15,988 bases of DNA. It comes from Amoeboradix gromovi X-113. Taxonomy: Eukaryota; Fungi; Sanchytriomycota. The stretch is from contig JADGIF010000170.1 in assembly GCA_018985225.1 (NCBI GenBank), forward strand, positions 1 to 15,988, given 5' to 3'. The notes under the pieces were generated by a model that did no database searches, was not told the origin of the DNA, and saw only the letters and a program-made list of their open reading frames with translations. Below are positions 8,676 through 15,988 of the stretch, piece by piece. The translations under genes were made by a program, and so were the position numbers. Each line of letters begins with the position of its first letter. Within the stretch, counting starts at the first letter, position 1.

Positions 8676-8981
8676 AAGACATATGATCTTATATACTTGC
8701 CATCGTTCAATACTAGTCAAATGATGAGTAGCTTGTCGAGCAAGGTCGCAAGAAACATGACTACGATGTACCATTACGCATTCAAGGAACGCTTGAAGTT
8801 CAAGTGTAAACACAGAGGAAAGAAGATGGTTGAGTGTAATGAATCATTTACTAGTCAGACATGTACAAGGTGTGGTACTCTAAAGAAAACTAATTTAGAA
8901 GTCTACACTTGTGATAACTGTCATTTGGAAATAGATAGAGATCATATGGCAGCAAAGGAGCATATACATCAAGTACCTGCA
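8676..8981 (+). pseudogene. tnpB: Fanzor2 (IS607 TnpB-derived) nuclease, 5'-truncated C-terminal fragment, copy X
   Basis: KTYDLIYLPSFNTSQMM...KVARNM...HYAFKERL...VECNESFTSQTCTRCG...YTCDNC.LEIDRDHMAA-(+1 fs)-RSIYIKYL. Pro occupies the canonical RuvC-II Glu position and the alternative Glu lies in ExxTS, as in Fanzor2. The CxxC-CxxC zinc finger and RuvC-III DRD are present. RuvC-I, WED and REC are missing. Confidence 0.92.
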
Positions 8982-8987
8982 TCCTTA

Positions 8988-9107
8988 TTCAATCCCGCCT
9001 CAGAGTAGTCAAAGCGTGAGCAATCACTGTAACGGAGCATCTAGCACTGCTAGTTTCTCTGTGGAAATTCTCGATTTTCTCGGAAATCAGGACTTTTAAG
9101 GAGGAGA
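8988..9107 (+). ncRNA. Candidate Fanzor2 omegaRNA scaffold / element right end (best-preserved copy)
   Basis: Lies immediately 3' of the Fanzor codons, where omegaRNA is encoded in TnpB/Fanzor loci. It is conserved in four other copies in the window and contains the hairpin CTAGC-ACT-GCTAG (9041-9053). Transcription and exact ends are not shown by the sequence. Confidence 0.6.
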
Positions 9108-9209
9108 ACTGTAGCACTGACAAGTAAATAGATATTATATAACGTTAGATCAGGTCTAGCTTTTACAGTATGTCGCGAGAACTAAAAAATAATAAATTTA
9201 CTGTTATAA

Positions 9210-10211
9210 TCAGGTCTGATATGGTTCTAAATGTACAAATTTGCTACTCATGTCAATAGCATCCGTAATGGTTTCCAAATCAGTTTTTATTTTCATATTC
9301 ACATCTGAAATGGTTCTTTGAGTAAAGATTCCATAATCAACAACCTTAAAACAGCCATTGTATTTGACACTTAAATACGAGTTACAGTTCTGTATTGTGA
9401 ACCTAATGATCGATTGAATATCCAGGTTGTCTGCATCTATAAACAGTGGCTCTCTTTTTATGTTGTACATTAGCGAATGAGGACACCTCAGCGTACCTAC
9501 GAGATTAGGAAACTCTTCGAATTGAAACACGTTCAAATTCAATGTATTCATGTACAACTGTATTGGAATATCCAATGAGTTAAATTTCATGTCTTTCAAA
9601 AGTGTTTTGTTAAAGCTAACAAATTTGGACGAAGGGATATATTGGTTATAACACTCATGGCCATAAGTAGCCCATATTTTGTCATTTATATGGAATTTCT
9701 TTGTAGATGGGAAGAACATATTAATATCTACAGCTGAGGGGTCAGTCAAAAAGTAAATTGCTTCATTCACATATAAAATTTGTTTATAATCTATTTGCAG
9801 CAACCCCGAAGAAATGTTATTCGATTGAAGGACTTTGGTGTTCGGTAGAAATCTAATAACATTAACTTGCTTTACAGGCAGCACGTCATATATCACTGTG
9901 ATTGATAAATTGCATTTCTTAACTCTGAGAAACAATATCGAAGCTACCAATTCTTCAATATTAATTTTAATACCGTTATAAACAATACCAATGTCTACAG
10001 TGGGAGCGGTATAGTTTACAGAGTTAGCTACAAATGGAAATTGATCACTATCACTCCAGCTCATTTGTTCCTGAGTCATGTACTGACAGCTGTTCAGCCT
10101 GTTTAGACAACCAGATCTAGTGTACAGTATTTCTTCATATATTTCTACATATTTAATAACAGGTGATACTGCAATTGCAAGAATTACAATTAAATTTGAA
10201 AGAGCTTGCAT
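9210..10211 (-). CDS. Hypothetical secreted or type II membrane protein (333 aa)
   Basis: Long ORF with an N-terminal hydrophobic segment LIVILAIAVSPVI. There is only a faint glycosyltransferase-like segment (KQILYVNEAIYFLTDP), which lacks DxD. Confidence 0.7.
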   Translation of the reverse strand: MQALSNLIVILAIAVSPVIKYVEIYEEILYTRSGCLNRLNSCQYMTQEQMSWSDSDQFPFVANSVNYTAPTVDIGIVYNGIKINIEELVASILFLRVKKCNLSITVIYDVLPVKQVNVIRFLPNTKVLQSNNISSGLLQIDYKQILYVNEAIYFLTDPSAVDINMFFPSTKKFHINDKIWATYGHECYNQYIPSSKFVSFNKTLLKDMKFNSLDIPIQLYMNTLNLNVFQFEEFPNLVGTLRCPHSLMYNIKREPLFIDADNLDIQSIIRFTIQNCNSYLSVKYNGCFKVVDYGIFTQRTISDVNMKIKTDLETITDAIDMSSKFVHLEPYQT

Positions 10212-10910
10212 GATTACTCTGTTTTAAAGGGAGAAATGGATAAGATTGATGTACCTCATTCATAATGCCGAATGTCTTGGAGGCCCTTTGTTCAAAAGAG
10301 TTGAATGCTGATTGACTACCATAGAGCTATAGCGTCGACACGTCTAAAAAAATTATGACTTTTGAAGCATTGCTTTAGTCCTAGGAGATACAAAATGGTA
10401 GAAAATACTGAAGCAATGATGCTCTCAGAATGCGCATTATATTTATCAACCGAAACTCCAACCTTAAATGATACGATAGCTCTTTCTGGTTCAATTCTTA
10501 GATTATTGTGTATTGCGATTTAGTTATGCGGGATACAAAATCCTAACCCAGTAGATCCGCGTCTGTGGGATTATTATCCGTCCTATAACCAAAAGCAAGT
10601 GGGAAATACTTAATAAATAATGAACTGAGTAATGCAAAAGAAAAAACAAATAGAGACCTCAAGTTAGTCAGTGTCTTAAACCAGTAAAGATGTACATAGC
10701 GGTATCACAGGCTGGAAAACAGCTTATGCCATTTACATAAACATTCATTGTGCTTATTCCAGAGTGTAGAACGAAAGATGAGGAAACAATAGTAAAAAGT
10801 TGTCACCTAAAGCATTAGCTATAAAATATGGCACAATTCCGCTTGAATAGTTTTAGTTTTTTGAGACATTTGTTTTAAAGGGTTTGTCTAGTTTTTGAAG
10901 AGTTTATCCA

Positions 10911-11693
10911 ATGCTAGCCAGATTGTATAGGTCTCTTAAACTAATATCAAATGGATATGGTAGAGCGAAACCATGCAACGAAGATATACTGCCATTAACT
11001 AACTCCAAATCAAAGGCAGCTGGAGAGGATTCTTACTTTTTTAGTGGTGATAAATTTGGAGTTGCAGATGGCGTGGGTGCCTGGAAAGATAGCAGTAAAG
11101 GTAACTCTGCATTTGTCAGTCAGAAACTACTTCACTACTTTTGTATATATAATGATGATAATTTAATTCAGTTGTTAAACAAAGCGTATCAACAAACACT
11201 ACAAGACATGTATAAGTTGAATATAAAGGGGTCTACCACAGTAATACTGGGTCATTTAATCGGAAATAACCTTCATATAGCTAATCTAGGCGACTGCCAG
11301 GTGCTCATTTATCGCAAGGATGAATTGGTTTTCAAGTCAGAGGAAAACTATCATTTCTTTAACTGCCCCTTTCAATTAGGCACAAACAGCATTAATACTC
11401 CTAGTGATAGCACTCTGATCAAATTCCCAGTTGAAAAAGGTGATATATTTGTTTGCGGAAGTGACGGTCTTACTGACAACCTTTGGGAGGAAGATATTTT
11501 TGCAATTATTAATAAACACAAGAAGGATTATAAAAATTGTGCTGTTGCCCTTGTAGACGAAGCAATGAGCAAAAGTACTGATCCCATGTATGATGAAAGT
11601 CCGTTTCAGTTAAAAGCTAGCAATGAAGGATTATATCACATTGGCGGCAAACTAGACGATACAACTGTTATTGTAGGTGAAGTCATTGAATAA
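10911..11693 (+). CDS. PTC7: Mitochondrial PP2C-family protein phosphatase PTC7
   Basis: Basic presequence-like N-terminus; GEDSYF, GVADGVGAW, GSTT, ANLGDC, HFFNCPFQLG, GSDGLTDN, GGKLDDTTV. Confidence 0.93.
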   Translation: MLARLYRSLKLISNGYGRAKPCNEDILPLTNSKSKAAGEDSYFFSGDKFGVADGVGAWKDSSKGNSAFVSQKLLHYFCIYNDDNLIQLLNKAYQQTLQDMYKLNIKGSTTVILGHLIGNNLHIANLGDCQVLIYRKDELVFKSEENYHFFNCPFQLGTNSINTPSDSTLIKFPVEKGDIFVCGSDGLTDNLWEEDIFAIINKHKKDYKNCAVALVDEAMSKSTDPMYDESPFQLKASNEGLYHIGGKLDDTTVIVGEVIE

Positions 11694-11728
11694 AAATGTG
11701 AGTTATATGCTATTAAAAAATTGAAACT

Positions 11729-12850
11729 TTATTTGCCAACTGGTGGCCATTCTAATTCAACATTTACAATATCCAGATCAGCTATGTTGCACCATACTTT
11801 CTTTTCACAATACTCCTTGATTAAATCTCTTAAACTTGGTTTTGACCTACCACAATCCCCATGTACAAATTCCTTGATGTACATTCCAGCACTCGTTTTT
11901 AAATAAAGTTTATTGTCAACGAATTTAAAATCAAATACAGTTTTTTCTCTAGTTAGATTGGCTCTACGATGAACGACCCTTAAAGGCGTTTGTTGCTGTA
12001 CCACAAATGGTAAGGACAAGCGATTTAATGCAGCAACATCGTCGTCAGACAGGCTTTTGTCGAATTCCACAAGGCACTCATAATGCTTGCATTTAGTCTC
12101 TTCCCCTGATTTGATTATGTGTGCATCTGCCTTGTCCACAGCTTTTAAATACTGTAACTGAACCAGCCCTGCAAACTTGGAATTGAAGTCATGCTGCTGA
12201 TGATCCCAATCAAGATCTGTATCATTCGGGTCCTTTAGTTCAAGCATGAAAGGTCTACCTCTTCCAAGGCATCGAACGTCCAGGTCCTCTCGACCGCTAG
12301 CCACTAAATTAAAACCGGAAGATCCTGTTAGTTTGGCAAAGTAATTGCCGACGATCTCGGAAACGCTGTTGTCACCTTTTCTTTTTCCTTGAATAAAGAA
12401 TGGGGTTTGAGAAAGAGTACGAACGAGTTTGTTATATCTGGCACCTAAATAAAGACTGTCTTTAATAACTATTAATTCTATACTACACGGAGAGTATTCA
12501 TCATTGATTTCGCTATCTGGTAGCTTTCTTTTGTTGCCTAAAATGTTAACTAGCAGCAGCGTTGTACTCTTTTCATTAACATGTATTTTAGATTTGATCA
12601 ATTCCATGACAAATGGTCGCAATCGGACTGCATCTTTAAAGTCATATTTGCTAATGATATCGCTGTCTTTAATAGTGATTGCTTTTGATATACTGAGTTC
12701 TACTCGACAATTTGTCGCAGGGAAATCGAGCGAATTTAATTGATAACACAAATCTAAGTCCAAACAGCATTTTTGAATCTCATCAAGGATTATTTTACCT
12801 TGTAGACGATTTATAGAATGCTTTCCTAGTCGATTTAAAATTTTTTGCAT
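11729..12850 (-). CDS. PUS10: tRNA pseudouridine synthase Pus10
   Basis: YLGARYNKLVRTLSQTPF, catalytic SGREDLDVRCLGRGRPF, QQTPLRVVHRR, TSAGMYIKEFVHGDCGRSKPSL, ADLDIVNV. Confidence 0.94.
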   Translation of the reverse strand: MQKILNRLGKHSINRLQGKIILDEIQKCCLDLDLCYQLNSLDFPATNCRVELSISKAITIKDSDIISKYDFKDAVRLRPFVMELIKSKIHVNEKSTTLLLVNILGNKRKLPDSEINDEYSPCSIELIVIKDSLYLGARYNKLVRTLSQTPFFIQGKRKGDNSVSEIVGNYFAKLTGSSGFNLVASGREDLDVRCLGRGRPFMLELKDPNDTDLDWDHQQHDFNSKFAGLVQLQYLKAVDKADAHIIKSGEETKCKHYECLVEFDKSLSDDDVAALNRLSLPFVVQQQTPLRVVHRRANLTREKTVFDFKFVDNKLYLKTSAGMYIKEFVHGDCGRSKPSLRDLIKEYCEKKVWCNIADLDIVNVELEWPPVGK

Positions 12851-13451
12851 GTTCCTCCCTCATTCCTCTTGTTACTCGTAACAAAAACATGAACTCCTAA
12901 TAGAGATCCAATTTCATAAAAAATATAAATGACCCGAATTCCTACACTGCAGCTTTCTCCAATAGGTAGTTTTGCCTAATTATAACCTGGGATCTACTGA
13001 GTCTAGCTTGGTTATGGCGCGAAACATTACTGGTCTGATATCATGTAGCACCTCGTACAAAAAACCGATTAGTATTTGCGGACAAGGCAGGTTAATAATC
13101 CTGCTACATTCACTTAAAAGTTTTTTAAAGTAATCTTCTACCGTACCGTGCACCTCTTCTTCTCAGTGCTGTTTGCAAACCTTCTACCCGAACTGGACAT
13201 TATGCTTTTTTGTTGCTTGAGAACTAACTCCATCAAATTCCGGCACAACTTACCGCTATCGGTTAGCTAGACAATACGTTCTAAAATACATTACTCAGCA
13301 TTCTGCTTTTTAGCAAACTGTGTGAACCTCAAAGTCTTCACTCTGTTTCCGTATAAATTTTCAACTCTATGCTCATCATTTATGAGAAAGAGTAGCGTAA
13401 AAGACTTAAAACTTAAAAATTTACTAAGTTTTGCAGGGTGGCAAACGGCAA

Positions 13452-14090
13452 TCATATTTCTGACTTAATATTGTTGCCGCTTGAAATAACATAGCTTACA
13501 TCTTTACAATTTTCAATGTAATCGCTTTGATCTTGTAATGGTTTTATTTTGATTTCGATTTGCATAAATGAGTTGTTCCACAGATAATAAAGGCAGAAGC
13601 ATATAGAAAGATAAAATGCTATAAAGCTTATAGAACTGCAAAATCGTGCCACTAAAAAAGAAACTAAGATTAGTGTACTAAAAGTTGCATAGACTCTTGA
13701 CATATTGTATGCGTTGTCAGTAGTCCCCGATATCAACTCAGTTTCTAGTTCTTTTTCAGAATCGTTTCCGCTGTCTAATTCATTTTTAGCTTCCAACTGA
13801 TTTATAGCTTTCATTCCTTCTTTTGCTAACGTAAACCCATTCAGACCAGAATAAGACATTTTATCCAGTTTACCCCACTTTACCAGTATCTTGGATAAGC
13901 AGTTGCTTTCCGCTATCTTGTATTCAGGCTTCTCATCAGAGCTGAGACTAATAATTCTGAATCTATTTCCTCTTCTTTTGGATTTAGAAAACTGCAAGCG
14001 AAATTTAGAGGTATTGCTAAGCAGATCAGACCATCTGCTTAAAGAACGTACTACTGGACTTAGCTGATGTAATTCCCGTTGGTCCATCAT
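13452..14090 (-). CDS. Hypothetical membrane protein with two adjacent hydrophobic segments
   Basis: 212-aa ORF with TFSTLILVSFLVARF and ISFIAFYLSICFCLYYLW. The frame stays open about 15 codons upstream, so the start is uncertain. Confidence 0.65.
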   Translation of the reverse strand: MMDQRELHQLSPVVRSLSRWSDLLSNTSKFRLQFSKSKRRGNRFRIISLSSDEKPEYKIAESNCLSKILVKWGKLDKMSYSGLNGFTLAKEGMKAINQLEAKNELDSGNDSEKELETELISGTTDNAYNMSRVYATFSTLILVSFLVARFCSSISFIAFYLSICFCLYYLWNNSFMQIEIKIKPLQDQSDYIENCKDVSYVISSGNNIKSEI

Positions 14091-14300
14091 GGAATATCCT
14101 TGTTTAATAAATTTAAAGTCATATTTTAAACTAATTTATTATTTTAGTCCCAAATATTTTAAAACCATTTTCAAGAAGTGATATGATACTTATTTCTGCA
14201 ACAGAGAGCCCAATAATGAAAATTTGCATCACATTTATTTCCAACATTTCGTTTGGTTTGAAACAAAACGTTGCTTGGGTGGACGTAACTCCAACCGTTG

Positions 14301-14569
14301 CATTAAAAGTCCTGATTTAAGAGAAAACGAAGGACTCTAATAGGAGGTCAGCAATTCTAGTCTCTTCTATAGTATTTGCTCCCACTTGCACCATCTAAGG
14401 TGAATTGAACAGATCACACGTTCAAGTATATGTTCCTTGCTGCCATATGGAAGTAGCAGTTACCATATGGCAGTTTGTGTATGTATGTCTGCGAATTAGT
14501 TTTCTTCAGAGTTCCACACCTTGCACTCATCTACTTAGTAAATGCTTGGTTACACTCAACCATTTTTTT
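14301..14569 (-). mobile_element. tnpB: Fanzor2/IS607 3'-end relic, copy Z (pseudogene tail plus candidate omegaRNA)
   Basis: The minus strand encodes KKMVECNQAFTK*MSARCGTLKKTNSQTY-(fs)-NCHM...-(fs)-HMAARNIYLNV*, collinear with 8820-8980. Positions 14409-14301 then read TTCAATTCACCTTAGA...GGGAGCAA...TTTTCTCTTAAATCAGGACTTTTAATG. Confidence 0.9.
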
Positions 14570-14831
14570 GGAAGACAATCTCATTTTTTGACAAGCCTAG
14601 AAGGCTATGTTATGTGTCTCATTTTGGAGTTTTATGCTGTAACAAATTCTGGTTGTTTTGATTTGGAGACATATTATAGATGAAAAGAAAGAACATCGAG
14701 TTGCCGTGCAGTTAGAAAGCTATAGAAAGAGAACCAATTATAGTGGTTAACGGTTTACACTGTTAAAGTAAATAGCTATCCTAATTTCAAAGGCACCCAA
14801 ATTTTATGACTGGGTCAAAATAAATTTATTG

Positions 14832-15752
14832 CTAGACTTCCAACTCTGTAACTGGTTTCAATCTCAAGAATGTGTCTGTACCATACTCATAAAGACTCAC
14901 AACGTCTATACTTCCCTCGAAAAACTCGGAATAAACTCTTGTCATTCCCAATCCATATCCTAATCCGGCTAATATACCGCCACTTTGTTGGGCAACCATG
15001 TACTGCATATGATCATGTGCTGCAGTAGAAAATGCATAATTAAATATATTTTTTATGGTATTTGGATGAATGCCACCTCCTAGATCTCTGATTCGTATTA
15101 CTACGTTGACGTTTTTTGAGATCAGTATGTTTATCGGTTTTAGCTCTTTTGCGTTACTAATTGTTGCAAACACTGAATTCTTAATTAGTTCGGTCATCAT
15201 ATATTCAACGTGAGAGGCGATAAATGGTATAGTTGCAGAGCCATGGATATCAAAATCTGGAAATCTACCATATTGCATTAGAAATGGTTCCTTCAGCTGA
15301 CCTAATACAAAGCGAACCACATCTTCAATTTTAACTTCTGTTAGTACACCATTCTTGGTATAATTCTCCACCAACAACCGAATGCCAATACGCCACTTGA
15401 TGAAATTATCAATAAACACCTGAACTTGATTTTGGTTAATGTATTTCGAACATTCACGCATACCGTGACTTAAATCTATTAAAGTGTTCGAGTGGTTAGC
15501 CAAGAGTTGATCCAATAAACTTGAAAAATCCTTTACGTTTGAATCGTCAATTTCATTAACACGGCTTAAGGAGTCTAACGATTGCAAGTAAGTTTCGTGG
15601 ACTTTTCTTATATAGGGATTGCTTCCAACAATAAATGGTAACTGTTCAAAGTTTTTCATGTTGTAATTTATACGATCCTTGACTTCCTTTGAAAGGAACT
15701 GTGCGTATTTTAACCTGCAGGTATCTATTGATTTGACCGCGATTCTTTTCAT
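14832..15752 (-). CDS. Mitochondrial pyruvate dehydrogenase kinase / branched-chain ketoacid dehydrogenase kinase family
   Basis: AQFLSKEV..RI, LPFIVGSNPYIRKVHETY and RIGIRLL in the N-domain; GHKL boxes ELIKNS, IRIRDLGGGI, IFNYAFSTA, LAGLGYGLGMTRVYSEFFEGSI, YGTD. Confidence 0.93.
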   Translation of the reverse strand: MKRIAVKSIDTCRLKYAQFLSKEVKDRINYNMKNFEQLPFIVGSNPYIRKVHETYLQSLDSLSRVNEIDDSNVKDFSSLLDQLLANHSNTLIDLSHGMRECSKYINQNQVQVFIDNFIKWRIGIRLLVENYTKNGVLTEVKIEDVVRFVLGQLKEPFLMQYGRFPDFDIHGSATIPFIASHVEYMMTELIKNSVFATISNAKELKPINILISKNVNVVIRIRDLGGGIHPNTIKNIFNYAFSTAAHDHMQYMVAQQSGGILAGLGYGLGMTRVYSEFFEGSIDVVSLYEYGTDTFLRLKPVTELEV

Positions 15753-15881
15753 TTTAAAATAGATTCAAGGGGAGCAGCTCGATTGTTTTCTTGAATAAAT
15801 CATTTATCGCGAATTTGTATGTATTTTTGTATCATTTCAAGACTTTTCTAATAGCTTAAATACTAGATATTCTTCCTTTTC

Positions 15882-15930
15882 GCAAATGGTAAATCAATTC
15901 TAAAGAAATAACTAGCGGGCACAGCATACA
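15882..15930 (+). repeat. 49-bp dispersed repeat, copy 2 (partner 8627-8675)
   Basis: 45/49 identical to 8627-8675. Confidence 0.9.
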
Positions 15931-15988
15931 TTCGTCTCAGACTGATAAGTTGATCCAAACACGAAAATTAGATGCCATGTACAATATG

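Noticed and set aside
12104-12112. CCTGATTT (reverse complement of AAATCAGG) inside PUS10
   Set aside because: It lies within conserved coding sequence and has no flanking similarity to the module.
13205-13235. Minus-strand GVSSQ codons resembling TnpA RVSSQ
   Set aside because: Too short, and no other recombinase motif was found in any frame nearby.
14405-14683. 92-aa plus-strand ORF, and other antisense ORFs (650-859, 2514-2996, 5002-5295, 6241-6988, 7300-7750, 11721-11906, 12504-12743)
   Set aside because: Shadows on the opposite strand of real genes or of Fanzor relic Z.
15810-15850. TCAAGACTTTT resembling the module 3' end
   Set aside because: Only about 11 nt match, with no upstream scaffold similarity.
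1-15988. CRISPR array, tRNA/rRNA, or group I intron (IStron) architecture
   Set aside because: No regularly spaced identical repeats, cloverleaf or group I core motifs were recognisable by eye. A covariance-model search would be needed to exclude them fully.

Overview
AT-rich, gene-dense, nearly intron-free eukaryotic DNA in the standard genetic code. The gene content points to an early-diverging flagellated (zoosporic) fungus or relative; this is an inference. Housekeeping genes are axonemal dynein light chain 1, methionine aminopeptidase 1, a PhoD-like phosphatase split by a 22-nt GT-AG intron, a DUF4211/CCDC82-like protein, PTC7-type PP2C, Pus10 and a mitochondrial PDK/BCKDK-type kinase, plus several orphans. 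The ORF track misses the main signal: several of the larger intergenic gaps hold relics of IS607-type elements encoding a Fanzor2/TnpB RNA-guided nuclease. One ~120-nt non-coding module, the candidate omegaRNA scaffold plus right end, recurs in five diverged copies (119-236 -, 1249-1316 - partial, 8419-8530 -, 8988-9107 +, 14301-14409 -). Four of these follow Fanzor C-terminal codons and one is fused to an IS630/Tc1-like left end. An IS607 serine-recombinase pseudogene with a different Fanzor/TnpB tail lies at about 3604-4498. No intact nuclease or transposase is present in the window. All alignments and identities were done by eye.
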